Numbered from the stretch's first letter, positions 45,324 through 59,297 are shown. The stretch is 64,000 nucleotides of DNA from Eledone cirrhosa (GCA_964016885.1 OZ024762.1:25172001-25236000), one strand, 5' to 3'. Notes: generated by a model from the letters alone, not told the origin. Numbers and translations are program-made.

Positions 45324-46210
45324 GAAGAGATATATTAGATATGTCTCATTTGAAATAATACAGCCAATTTTCCACGCAATACTTTTAGTTACCACCCCGA
45401 ACACATAATTGGGAATATAATCACTTATTTCCTAATGTTTGTTGAGTGAGTTGGAATTTAGCCGGAGTATCGCTAAAAAGCTTTCTCCGATATTGTATTT
45501 ATTTACTTACTCTTGGCGCAGCAGATTTGAAAAAAATTCCCTGTATAAGGTTAGCATTTGTTTGTTTATTTTTTATATATGAATATTGATTGTTCCTTAT
45601 ATCTCATTCTGTTATTTTGCCCGAGAAAATATCTGTGTGTCATCAAATGTTGTACACACATAGATATTTTTTCAATTTCCAATTGAGTTCTTAGCACGTG
45701 GCCTGAAATCCTTTCAGAGTTCATTGTCACGCGCATGTATTGTTTTTTTTGGCGGTAATTCACTTCCTCATTTTTTTAATCAGTTCGAGCACTTCTTTCA
45801 GAACTGCTGGACTGGCTACCTGACAGATACCTCAGGCACAGAAAGTGATTATCGCCAAATGCTGATGTTGGTTAGATTATCAATATTAGTATTATTGGGG
45901 CACCCACTGATGAATTACAGGAGCCCACTTGAATATATATCTATTGAATATATATCTATATACAAGCTCCTACATAAATTGGTATAATTTCACCCAAATT
46001 GTAGGAGTCCTATAATGAAACGAGACGTCCGTCTGGGAAGAGATATATTAGATATGTTTCATATGAAATAATACAGCCAATTTTCCACGCAATACTTTTA
46101 GTTAGCACCCCGAAAACACATAATTCGGAATATAATCACTTATTTCCTAATGTTTCTTGAGTGAGTTGGAATTTGGCCGGAGTATCGCTAAAAAGCTTTC
46201 TCCGATATTG

Positions 46211-46215
<5 letters not shown>
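45321..46215 (+). mobile_element. Non-coding retrozyme-like element: 713-nt monomer plus ~180-bp direct terminal repeat
   Basis: 45321-45500 repeated at 46034-46215; both begin at the base following the HHR GTC; flanked by (TA)n. Confidence 0.8.
45903..46037 (+). ncRNA. Type I hammerhead ribozyme with a 103-nt branched stem II
   Basis: ccca-CTGATGA-attacagga[cttg..caag][ctcctaca..tgtaggag]tcctataat-GAAA-cg agacgtc c-GTC-tggg. Confidence 0.75.
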
Positions 46216-46258
<43 letters not shown>

Positions 46259-46735
46259 TGTAGTAGTATCGGAAACAACCAAAATCAATTGTAATGGCAG
46301 TAATGATTGTGGAACGAAATATATCTGCCAGTAACAGTAGAATAGAATATTTTCCCCTGATTTGATCGGGAAATCAGATGAAATTGAACGCTATCACGTG
46401 ATATGAAATCTCGGCATAGCTATCGGAACCGGAAGCTAGGCTTACGTAAGATAATACTTGTTATTCTACATCACTCATTCAACACTATCTGTTGTCTGTT
46501 CCGTATGAAAATCACTTTAATGCTATTTGCTTTATTTCAGAAAATATTTGTCATTTATACACCAGCAGATTCCTGTGGGAGAATTTATACAGAAAATGGT
46601 TTGTGCTTTCAAAATAAATTCGTCTTTAAAACCTTTCTCCCGGAACAAAGCCATCTCGTAGTCACACACACATACATACACATACACTCACGCGAACACA
46701 CATACAAACATTCATAAACATATACAAATATACAA

Positions 46736-46800
<65 letters not shown>

Positions 46801-46891
46801 TACATGCACTCACATATGTGTGCATGGACCTATAAATGTATATATATGCATACACACACACACAGACACACACCTACACATACACACATAT

Positions 46892-46966
<75 letters not shown>

Positions 46967-47039
46967 CATAAATGTTTGTTTAATACAAACATATATATAT
47001 ATATGTGTGTACATACACACACTTATGTATAAATGTGTG

Positions 47040-47110
<71 letters not shown>

Positions 47111-47224
47111 TTATATATCATTAATGTTTGTTTACAAACGAGGATAACTCACCCTCTCTACCCAGCCACCCATCAGTCCATCACTTGACACCCGCCCTCC
47201 CCCACTCTTACCACAACGATGTAT

Positions 47225-48040
47225 TGTCCTCCACCACCACCATCACCACAAATATGTCTCCACCACCACCACCACCACCACCATCACAACAAATATGTCT
47301 TCTCCACGACCACCACTATCACCACAACCCCAAATCAGTCTTCTCCACCACCACTCCAAGTCCCACCACCAATATGTCTTCTCCACCACCACCACAACCA
47401 CCACCACTATCACCACAACCCAAAATTAGTCTTCTCCACCACCACCAATGTCTTCTCCCTCCCTCCCCACCACAAATAAGTCTTCTCCACCACCAACAAC
47501 AACAACAACAACAGCAACACCACCACCACCATCACCATCACCCCCACCACCCCACCCCACCCCACCACCGTTAAAGACAAACACATGACTGTCGTAAATC
47601 TCGCTTTATTTGTTTCAATTTTCTTCCCATTGTCCCAAGACAGACACTAAACATTCAATTTATTATAGGAGTTTATCTAATGGCTGAGTACTCCGAACAC
47701 AGACAACACTTAGCTGAGGGAGATGGTGGAGTAGGTGGAGAGGGGAGGAGATGGTGGAGTGGGGGAGAAGGTGGGTAAGGTGGAGATGGGGGAGAGGGGG
47801 GAGACGGGGGAGATGGTGGAGATGAGGGAGATGAGGGAGATAGGGGAGAAGAAGAAGAAGAAGAAGAAGAAGAAGAAGAATGGAGGAAGAAGAAGAAGAA
47901 GAAGAAGAAGAAGAAGAAGAAGAAGAAGAAGAAGAAGAAGAAGAAGAAGAAGAAGAAGAAGAAGAAGAAGAAGAAGAGAAAGACGACGATGAAGATGTCG
48001 AACAACAACAGCAACAACAACAACAACAACTACAACAATA
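47225..48040. repeat. Low-complexity (CCA/CAA)n, G-rich tract and (GAA)n
   Basis: Direct inspection; (GAA)n at ~47848-47975. Confidence 0.9.
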
Positions 48041-48189
48041 AATAACCAAATGATATAAAACAAACCAATAAAACAAATGATGAAATAATACGTTGTTGCT
48101 AAGATTGTTTTGTTGTTGTTGTTGTTGTTGTTGTCAGCTAAAGTACCGTCATAATTCTTACTGCTATTGAATGTCTACCGAGAATATTG

Positions 48190-48252
<63 letters not shown>

Positions 48253-48335
48253 TTATATACATACATTTATATATACAAATTCATATTATATATTATATAT
48301 ATATATGTCTGTGTGTGTGTGTGTAGTTGTGTGTG

Positions 48336-48418
<83 letters not shown>

Positions 48419-48444
48419 ATATATGTATATATATATACACGCAA

Positions 48445-48532
<88 letters not shown>

Positions 48533-48780
48533 GTGTGTATATATGTGTGTAAGTGTCTCAGTATGTACGGTAGGGTCACTTACACTCTTACGATGATTTA
48601 GGGGAAAAAAAAAAAAAAAAAGTAATATTTGATTATCCGAATTTATCCATGCAACTAGTAATAGAGGCAGTGGACCTGTAGGGTTCGTTTATCCGAACAC
48701 AACAATCAGGCGAAGATAGTTGAAATAATTCATGCAATTTTAGCATGGCGTTGAAATTTTAGAAATAATTGAAATATCGC

Positions 48781-48920
48781 CTGAAAATAATGATTTTTAC
48801 TATAGACACAAGTCCAACACTTTGGGGGGAGCGGAGTGGAAGGGGAATCAATTAAATCCATCCGAGTGCGTTACTGCTACTTCATTTTATCTACCTTGTA
48901 TGGTTGAAAGGTAAAGCTAG
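48781..48920 (-). mobile_element. Old SINE 3' fragment
   Basis: Degenerate match to the SINE core and tail (..ttttatctaccttgtatggttgaaaggtaaag). Confidence 0.55.
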
Positions 48921-48934
48921 TATATATATATATA

Positions 48935-49235
48935 TATCCAAGGCAGGTAAAATTCCCGAGATCCATGGACGAGTTCTCTCCAGCAGTCTCTGTCCCTCAT
49001 TATCGCTGTCATGTCCTGCGTCTCCAACAGACCAGTGTCTGTCCTTAGGGCATCAACATGCGTTAACCTTGGTCTTCCTCTTCTAGTGTGTCCATGTAGG
49101 GGCTCCCAAAGGAGCACCGAGTGCAATGTCAACTCTGGATGTCGGTGAGCATGTCCAGCTAACCTCAGTCTCCTCTGTGTCACTTTTGAGCTGACTTTTG
49201 GGGTGCTCCCATACAGCTCTGAGTTTTTCATCCTC
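48935..49235 (-). mobile_element. RTE-clade LINE 3' fragment
   Basis: ELYG..RRLRLAGHAHRHPE..LLWEP.HG..RRGRP...MRDRDCWR; (TA)n tail. Confidence 0.85.
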
Positions 49236-49251
49236 AGTGTATACTGATTAA

Positions 49252-49413
49252 CTGGTTTACTTCCCTCCCAAGAAGAGATATTATTTCGAAAATTAAGGAC
49301 ATTTAAATAAATCTAAGGTAAAAGACTAATTGTCAACAATATCTTTTGGATTTGCATTCTTTGTTCTATGTCCATAATTGCATTGTTTTGGCTTTATTAT
49401 ACATATACAAACG
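49252..49413 (+). mobile_element. Solo pLTR fragment of the PLE at 2617-5840, with decayed HHR
   Basis: Matches 5630-5797 (aagagatattat.tcgaaaattaagga...gactaattgtcaacaatatc). Confidence 0.85.
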
Positions 49414-49460
49414 TATATATATATATTAATTCCAAATATTAACAAAATAGATATTCTTGA

Positions 49461-50303
49461 GATCAATTATATTTTATTATACATATTTCAGAGGTACTGA
49501 ATTAAGTTCAACAGTACGTCTTCGTCAGATAAAATAAAATGATACATGACATACCCTGACATGGTAGATGGTTAAGATTTAATCAAGGTAGTGATTAACT
49601 TATGACAAAACTCAATATTTATACCCTAATATTGAGAACGTGAGAAAGCGTAATAGAGAGAGTGTGGGTAATATATTTTAAGAAATACATGGCATCAATA
49701 TACCAGTTATAGAATTTTTAATATTTAAAAACCACTAGAGAAATAGGAGGGAGAGGAAAGCATAGGGGAAGAAGTCACTGATGTTATAATATTAATACAA
49801 ATACCTAATAACTTTTAAAACCTAAAATTTGATTCTTTACCCTGAAATAACATAAATTAAATGTTTTGAAAATTAACCGCCAACTATATATGAATATGTG
49901 TGTGTAGAAACTTGAGCATAAATTATTCCCCTTTGTCTCTCTCTCTCTTTAATCATCTTTCATCTGTCTTCTCAAGCTAAATACTAAATAAGTTATAACT
50001 TCTTCCTCTATGCTTTCCTCTCCCTCCTATTTCTCTAGTAGTTTTTAAATATTAAAAATTCTATAGAAAATTCTATAAAAATATATTACTCGCACTCTCT
50101 CTATTGATTGTATTACGTTTTCTCATGTCCTCAATATTAGGGTATACATATTGAGTTTTGTCATAAGTTAATCACTACCTTGATTAAATCTTAACCATCT
50201 ACCATGTCAGGGTATGTCATGTATCATTTTATTTTATCTGATCAGGACGTACTATTGAACTTAATTCAGTACCTCTGAAATGTTTATAATAAAATATAAT
50301 TGT
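49461..50303. mobile_element. Inverted pLTR pair (~310-bp arms, 49461-49775 / 49999-50303) with an HHR at each outer end
   Basis: Arms are reverse complements; the right HHR (50231-50295) has a mutated core CTGATCA. Confidence 0.88.
49471..49535 (-). ncRNA. Type I hammerhead ribozyme
   Basis: Reverse complement: attttat-CTGACGA-aga c gtactg..cagtac c tct-GAAA-tatgta-TA-ataaaat; 7-bp stem I. Confidence 0.8.
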
Positions 50304-50324
50304 CTTGTGACTCTCATTTGTTCT

Positions 50325-51530
50325 GTCCTAATACTGATTGTGGAGTTAGTACGGGTGATGAGATACGTGTCCCGCATGTGCAACCCCAAAGAACTAGAGA
50401 GACACATACAACGTATGCAGTTCTCTGGTTACAATCAGAGAGATAAAATCAGAGTATATAGAGGAGCCAGAACCAAATGGAAAACAATGGTAAATAATGA
50501 TACAAATGGGACCTGTCCCTTGTAGAGGAGCAAATTTTGGAATAGAATAGAAAGAGCTAGGAATAAGGTTAATAGAATAAACTCATGGTATGTTAGCAAT
50601 AAATACCAGATTGTAATGTTCATCAACACAACCCCTAGAGGTGAACTAGCTTACAAATTTAGAAGGTCCCTAGATTTAAACTAAATATTAAGATAGTAGA
50701 AAGACCAGGTACCTCCATAAAAACAATTATTAGTAATACATACCCTTTTCAAAGACCTCCTTTTATAGATAAGAAATGCATAATCTGTAAACTAAGCCCC
50801 CATATTAACTGCAAAACTAGAAACATAGTATATAGCATAAGATGTACTGAAGGACAATGTAAAGATAAGAATATAGTGTACATAGGTGAGACAGATGGTA
50901 GTATAGGAGGACGATTAAATGAACACTGGCGAGAGCTTCAAGATAGAAAAGAATCATCAGTACACCAACATGCTAAAATAGAACATAAGGGCAAATTAGA
51001 GAACATAGAAATAAAAATACAATCTACACACAGAAAAGACGCAATGTTTAAGCAAATCACAGAGGCAATAAACATAAATGAACTCCAACAAAAATTAAAT
51101 AGAAAACATGAATGGAATAACAACATCACAACTTACAATTAAGGACAAAATGAAAACACACATAGAACAAACAAGCAACCAGTAAGATGTAAATAAATAA
51201 ATAAATAAACAAATAAAAACACACATAGACATCCGGATGTAACATGCGCAAACTAAGCACACAACACACAAAAACAGAATTGCGTAGGACAGAACAAAGG
51301 AGAGGCACAAAACAAAAAAAAGAATCCCCAGTCACCGAAGAGGTCACAGTCTGTGTAACGAAACAATTAATAAGACAATATATGAACAACCGTCCGTTTG
51401 TGGAACCAACCAACCACCCAACCGGAAATTTATTAATTTTTAATTCTATAATTTAATTTATAATAAATTGGAGTGAAAGCGACTGGTGCGTGTGTTTCCT
51501 ATTCGCAACATGACCCTCCCAAAGTATAAC
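50325..51530 (+). mobile_element. 5'-truncated PLE (thumb + GIY-YIG), close paralogue of 14352-15240
   Basis: ELVRVMRYVSRMC..RMQFSGY; YIGETDGSIGGRLNEH; decayed HHR gtca-CCGAAGA..GAAA at 51331-51376. Confidence 0.9.
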
Positions 51531-51560
51531 AATATATATATATATATATGTATATATATA

Positions 51561-51805
51561 AACAATGATATTAAATAAATGGAAACTATATTTATAAAAC
51601 CATATTTATTCTATTATATATATTCCAAGGTACCAACATTTTGGTACGCTTTGATTGGTATGTTCCTTGGCTGTGTCAAAATTTATAAAACACATTTTGC
51701 ATTTTATCTGATGAAGGCGTACCAAAATGTTTTGTACCTTTGAAATATATATAATAGAAATAATATGGTTTTATAAATTTATTTTCTATTTATTTAATAT
51801 CATTG
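51561..51805 (+). mobile_element. Short pLTR fragment with a 5' inverted copy (51561-51652 / 51715-51805)
   Basis: The inverted arm begins at HHR stem II. Confidence 0.8.
51702..51759 (+). ncRNA. Type I hammerhead ribozyme
   Basis: ttttat-CTGATGA-aggcgtac..gtaccttt-GAAA-tatata-TA-atagaa. Confidence 0.78.
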
Positions 51806-51897
51806 AATATTATACTCCAGAAAATTTGTCGAGTGTTCTGAACCAGTTATAAACATTTATATTTGTTGAATTACCAACTCATTGAATATCCTTTCTG

Positions 51898-51952
<55 letters not shown>

Positions 51953-51957
<5 letters not shown>

Positions 51958-52042
51958 CTTTCATCCTTACGGGGTCGATAAAATAAAGTACCAGTAATGC
52001 ACTGGTTATTTGCTGGCCTTGTGCCTAAAGTAGAATCAATTA
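51953..52042 (+). mobile_element. SINE 3' half
   Basis: ttgcctttcatccttacggggtcgataaaataaagtaccag...gtagaa. Confidence 0.85.
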
Positions 52043-52076
52043 TATATATATATATATTTATATAATATATATGAAT

Positions 52077-52134
<58 letters not shown>

Positions 52135-52474
52135 GCACACACATATGTATAAAGTTGCCAGAAAAATAGTGTGCTTATATCACACACACACACACACACA
52201 CACGTATATATATAGAGAGTGTGTGTGCGTGGCTCTCTCTGTCAGTGAGGTTGGGTGTGTGTGTGTGTGTGGCAGGTGGTTACCATATTCCTGACAAACG
52301 ATGTTGATGATAATTTAGCCATATAATTTGTGAACCATTATCTCCGATTGCAGCTTAGTTTAAATTAGTTAGTCTCTTACTCGGTTACACCCTGTGGGTA
52401 CTCTCGTATTGCCCACATAATTGACTTAAAAATGGGGTTACCATCACAGAAATGACTTACCGTAGACAATAAAA

Positions 52475-53885
<1,411 letters not shown>

Positions 53886-54113
53886 ACTTGTATGGTTGGA
53901 TGGTTGTATGGTTGTGTTGCTGTGTGGTTGTGTGGTTGTGTGGTGGTATGGCTGTGTTGCTGTTCTCTTCGTAGTAACTATTTTTTCATGTTATTTGGAA
54001 CAACGTCTTCGTATAATCAACAACAAATGACAACAGAAAATTGCTATGTATCTATTAACAATAATTTAGTGTGCTTATTTATATTACTTATGATTAAATT
54101 ATAGGCAACACAT

Positions 54114-54231
54114 TGGCTAATTGGCAGAGTCATAAGGACATCGGATAGACTGCTTTATGGTGTTCGTTCCGGCCCTTCTGTGCCCTGAGTTGAAATCCCG
54201 TCGAGATCACCTTTGCCTTTCATCCTATCGA
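54114..54231 (+). mobile_element. SINE 5' part, abutting the (GATA)n run at the Tx1 3' end
   Basis: tggcagagtc.., gagttgaaatccc, tttgcctttcatcctatcg. Confidence 0.75.
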
Positions 54232-54259
54232 GATAGATAGATAGATAGATAGATAGATA

Positions 54260-57200
54260 AGTTGCTATTTATTTGCCACGAGGGCACAAAAGAAGGGGAC
54301 AAATTCAAATAAAGGAACGAGTAAAAAACAAATAACAAATATAAAATTAACAATACAGTCCTCAATAGGGAGGAGGCGTTTTGGGGGTTACACACACCCC
54401 CGAAAAGTGTGCAACCCTTTCCTTAGGAGCACAGAGAGGGGGTGCTCCTTTGCACTTCCACCTTTCCACCTACAGGCTGATAAAGAGAGAAGGCCCATTC
54501 ACACGGGCCATTCTCGCTACTTTCACCCACCTTTCATAAAACTGGCTGGGGTAGAGCACCTCTCTCTCCATTCTGATCCTTCTCTTAAAATGGTATTTAA
54601 AGAAAAGGACCAATTGTTGGCCGGAGAGAAAGGTGTCCGACCTCAGCCCTTTCAAACGTGTCCACCATACCACCTCTTTCACCATGGCTATTACACAGAG
54701 GAAGACCGACTCTCCTTCATTTTTGAAGGGGGGAGGCGGCTTGATCGTTACAATGGACACAGTGGTCAACCAGATTGGTCCCACCCGTGACAGCAGTCGT
54801 TTGACATAGCCCCACAGATCGGCAACGCCCGAGCAGTGTACCAAAGCGTGCGCAACGATTTCCTCGTAGCGCACGCATCTGGGACAGATTTTTTTCTAGG
54901 GCTCCCTACCCGGGCGCCCGTGTTTGTAGAGCTTTTCTCGAACAGGCAGCGCCCATCGGTAGCACTGCCAGGCCAGGGACTTCTGGAAGTCGTCCATAGG
55001 TCCCGGGCCAAATGTTCTCCCGAATAGGCTGGCCAGTTTGTCTTCCTCCATGCCTAGAGCTTGTCCGAGGGCGTCGTCGCACCTACTAAACACCAGCCCG
55101 CTATAGAATGCGGAGGTGGAGTCTCCGCCGATAGACGGGTCCGCCTGCCAGAGAGCCGTGAGCACCTGGGCACACTCAGTGTCCCAGGCGCCCAGTTTTC
55201 TCGGTCTTTGCTTGACCCAGGATTGCAGCTCGATGAGTGAGAGGAGTCTCCGAAAGGCTCGCTTCACAAACGGGGCCCACACCGGTTGACCGGTGAGGAA
55301 TACCTGGAGGTGCCGTAGCCTTAATGCGTGTTTACGCATCAGCAGCCACGGCATCCCCAACACTCCTTTCGAAGGGTGTTGACAGCAGATGGATCTCCTC
55401 ACCAAAGGAGCCCGCTTCTTCCAAAGGAATTGGAAGAGTGCCCGCTCCATGTTGGTGACCGTTTCCCTTGGGCAAGGCACGACGGTCAGGCGGTAATAGA
55501 TGACGGACGCTATATAAGCCTTCGCCACCTCCGCCCGACTTTTCAGGGATAGTTTGCACTCAACCCACTTCTGCGTCAGCGCAAACACTCTGTTCGATAC
55601 CTCACCCCAGTTCTTCTCCATCTGGAGGTCTGGCGCGAACCAGACCCCGAGAAACTTCACCGGGGCCTCCGTCCAACATCCGACGACGCCGTTGGAGGCC
55701 ATCGGTTTGCCCCTCCACTCGCCGAGTTGCAAGCCGACTGACTTGTCCCGGTTCAGCTTAGCCCCTGTAAACGTTTCGTATTCCTCCAGTAACGTGCCCA
55801 TCACTCCGATTTCCGAGGCGGTTGACACCATTACTGTCACGTCATCGGCGTAGGCCGACACCGCTTTCCGCAATCCCGGTTCCAAAGTGATGCCCTGTAA
55901 CTACTCCAACTTCCGCAGCAGTGGCTCTAGGGCCAATACATACAGAAGGGAGGAGACAGGGCACCCCTGTCGGATGGAACGCGTGATTTCGAACGGCTCC
56001 GAGAGGTAGCCGTTCACCTTGACCCTAGATCAGATGCGGCTGCTGTGCATGGCAGTGATCCAGCCCCTGAAAACAGGCCCGAAACCTGCCGCCACTAGCA
56101 CCGCATCCAGGTAACGATGGTCGACCCTATCGAACGCCTTAGATTGATCCAAGTTGATCAGGGCCCCACCAAAGCCGGGTTCGTTACCAACCCTCTCTAT
56201 GATGTATCGCATGAGATGGAGGTTGTCGTGAATTGACCTGGATGGGATGGCGCATGTCTGCGCATCTCCCGCCAGGTTGCCCACGACAAGCACCAACCTC
56301 TTTACTAACACCTTGGCCAAAATTTTTAACTCTGCATTTAGCAGTGTATTGGGCCTAAAATTACTTATATCGTCCTCCTTGTTCTCGTCCTTCCTCACTA
56401 GCGAGACTACGCCCTTGGTCACAGGACAGGGAATTCTCCCGTTCTATTGCCAGTTGCAGTAGACCTCTTCGAGGAGATCGAAGAACAAGTCCGGCATACT
56501 TAAATACATTTCATATGGAAGACCATCGAGGCCCGGAGATTTGCGTCTGCCGCATTGGCTCAGCACGTCCCGTATTTCAGCAGCTGAGATCGGCCTCTCA
56601 CAGGACTTCGCCCCCTCGTCCGAAAGACGCGGCAGGCCGTCGAGGTATGGGCCGAGATCCACATCCCCATCCGGCCCCTCGTCCCTTCCGAACAATCGGG
56701 CAAAGTGCCTTTGAAAGGCCTCGCACATCTGCTTAGGAACACCCGTCAATCCTGGTCTCGCAAAGACCGGATAGTGGATCAAGTCCCACTTTTGGCTTCT
56801 GTCACGCGGGCCCAGCTAACAGTTTGGTCCCCTCGTTTCCCAGAGCACGTCGGGGATCCTAGCAATTCGTTCTGGCTACATTTGCACCAGAACTTGCAGG
56901 CTAGTTCAACCGAACACGTTGCTGGAAGACTTACCTACCGAAATTACTGCATCCTCTTTCAAGGCAAGGAGACCACACAGTACTGCCCAGAAATCAATAT
57001 CTGGATCGATACTGTGTATGGTCAATCTTTGCGTTTTTCTTCCCAAATAAGTGGGGAAGAAGCTAAATAAGGGGGACACAATTGGGGCCAGGGAATGTTT
57101 TTCGGCCGTCAATTTATCTTTCATTCGGATGGATAGACTACCGTAGAGTCTATCCTTCCGAATGAATACAATGTTTTTCAGATGATCTTTTAAAGCCAGT

Positions 57201-58088
57201 TCAATCTATGTCTGTGTGAGTTGTACTGGCTTACGGGTTTTATTTGATATTGTCCTATAAATAATGGTTTTTAAGCTATTTTCCTTCTTTAGCTCTGGGG
57301 GAGAATTTAAAGAAAATAGACCATTCTCCTCCAAAGTTATATACTTCCGTGCATTTTCCATTTGCTGGACCATGTTCGAAATGTCAATAGGTTCGTACAC
57401 AATAGTTTTTTTTATGCTTTGCGCGAACATCATTTTGTTCGCTCCCTCTTTGTTTACATTTGCCGAAATGTGGTTGTTTTCTTGTTTCTTGTTGTTACAA
57501 TTTTAATTTTTTGTTGTGTTTATGTTATTTATGTTAGTGCATGCGTTCACATTTTTTCCCCGTTGGGGTTAGACTCCATTTTTTCAAAATGTTCACTTAT
57601 ATTTTCAGTATCCGAGAGACTTGTAGTCACAGCTACTACCTCTCTTTCACCTTTTCTGGTGGGCGTGGCACCGTGAAAAGTCGAAACGGCATCCATTAAT
57701 GTTGGCAATTTCTCCGAGTCAATTTTTTTCACATTTTTTTCATTAGGGTTAGGCTCCATTTTTTCAATGTTTCTAATAATCATTATTCTTTCAGTAGGGA
57801 GGCTTGTTTGCCTCCGCTACCCGCTCTCCTTCAGTTTGTTTAGTGAGCGTGTCATCGTTACCTATGGTAATGGCTTCCATTACCACTAGCGTAGAGACAA
57901 TTACAAGAGTTTTAGGATGAAAAATTTCACCCCAAAAGGGGTGAAAAAAATTAACCCTAATGTCCGAAGACCCAGGCAAGGGGGTTAATTAACACAATAA
58001 CGCAAGAATACAGACAAACACTTACTGTTAACACGTAATATCTCCAATAATAGAGGAGCCGATGTGAAGAACGTCTATACCATGCGGA
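54260..58088 (-). mobile_element. Tx1/L1-clade LINE with an internal deletion (ORF1 3' half and APE lost), in (GATA)n
   Basis: RT KSPGLDGLPYE, DQSKAFDRVDH, AYADDV; C-terminal E...HALVHC; ORF1 fragments 56906-57783; junction ~56855; (GATA)n at 54229-54259 and 58089-58107. Confidence 0.92.
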
Positions 58089-58136
58089 GATAGATAGATA
58101 GATAGATCTATAGACACACATATATACATACATAGC

Positions 58137-58177
<41 letters not shown>

Positions 58178-58183
<6 letters not shown>

Positions 58184-58526
58184 CAATATGTTGAAAAGGT
58201 AATACACCAGAGAGAGATACAGTGCGCTATCAATAAAACAGGGAAAAACCACCAGTGTATGGAATCTATAACCTGTGAAAGGCAGAATATAGATACGATA
58301 ATTAAAAATATAAATTAAAGCGTAAATAAATACCTCTATAACTATATAACACATGTACAAATAGATTCCATACACTGGTGGTTTTTTCCCTGTTTTATTG
58401 ATAGCACACTCTCTGGTGTGTTACCTTTTCAACATATTGTATTTTAAAGAGCTCAGGATTTCTTCTCCTTTGAGCACATTATTTACAGGGAATAGCGAGG
58501 GTCTATGGCTCCGTTAATTTATCGTG

Positions 58527-58530
<4 letters not shown>
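58178..58530 (+). mobile_element. Small foldback element (IR 58178-58269 / 58361-58445) followed by a bulged hairpin
   Basis: Inverted arms visible; gctca-gga tttcttc tcc-tt-tgagc at 58451-58475. Confidence 0.7.
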
Positions 58531-58570
<40 letters not shown>

Positions 58571-58768
58571 GAAAACATTCAGGACCTTCCTTGGAAGCTG
58601 AGCTCCGGCCGTCTCGCCAGCTAGATCCGAACAGCGTTCGGATCTAGCTGCCGAAACGGCCGGAGCTCAGCCATCGAGGTCCTGAATATTTGTATATTAC
58701 CCACTCTATTACCCCAAGTATCGAGTACTGTGGTGGGTTATGGTCCACCTGGTATCTTAATACACACT

Positions 58769-58771
<3 letters not shown>
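58571..58771 (+). mobile_element. Copy of the foldback HHR-half family
   Basis: Perfect 15-bp hairpin cagctagatccgaac-agc-gttcggatctagctg, then GAAA-cggccggagctcagcc-ATC-gaggtcc and the family body. Confidence 0.8.
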
Positions 58772-58816
<45 letters not shown>

Positions 58817-58926
58817 ATATATATATTTATATATTATATATATAAACTATCCGGGAGCTTCCAACAGTAATGGACGCATTCTTTAAGGGTATGTCAATAT
58901 TTATTTATAAAACAGCTCTATATTAT

Positions 58927-58989
58927 ATTTTATCTGAAGAAAGTACACCATAATTTAACTTTGTGTCCTTGAAATATGTATAATAAAAT
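58927..58989 (+). ncRNA. Type I hammerhead ribozyme
   Basis: attttat-CTGAAGA-aag tacac..gtgtc ctt-GAAA-tatgta-TA-ataaaat. Confidence 0.78.
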
Positions 58990-59056
58990 AAATATGGTTT
59001 TATAAATATAGTTTCCATTTGTTAATATCGTATATATATATATATATATATATATA

Positions 59057-59230
59057 CAAACATATTACACAAAGATAAGTGTGTTACACACATCTCACTG
59101 TGTAACACACTTCTCATTGTGTAATATGTTTGCATTTGAGCTCAGAAGAAAATCCTCTATTCTTCTTTGAGCTAATACTATTATTATTATTACTGTGAAC
59201 TGCGGAATACTCTTAATTCCGATCTTTGTA

Positions 59231-59232
<2 letters not shown>
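59057..59232 (+). mobile_element. Small foldback element (hairpin 59057-59132) followed by a bulged hairpin
   Basis: caaacatattacacaa..gtgtgttacaca / tgtgtaacacac..ttgtgtaatatgtttg; gctca-gaagaa..ttcttc-tt-tgagc at 59140-59172. Confidence 0.65.

Positions 59233-59293
<61 letters not shown>

Positions 59294-59297
<4 letters not shown>

Larger units (their letters stand above)
45152..46574. repeat. 85-bp inverted repeat (45152-45236 / 46490-46574) enclosing the retrozyme-like element
   Basis: aggaatctgctggtgtataaatgac...cagacaaca versus its reverse complement, about 1 mismatch. Confidence 0.9.

Noticed and set aside
45724-45987. Apparent plus-strand exon FEHFFQNCWTGYLTDTSGTESDYRQMLML with AG/GT sites
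   Set aside because: It lies inside the retrozyme-like repeat, just upstream of the HHR, and no homology was recognised.
47128-47574. Poly-Pro/Gln/His ORF resembling a transcription factor region
   Set aside because: It derives from degenerate (CCA/CAA)n repeats and has no domain or splice support.
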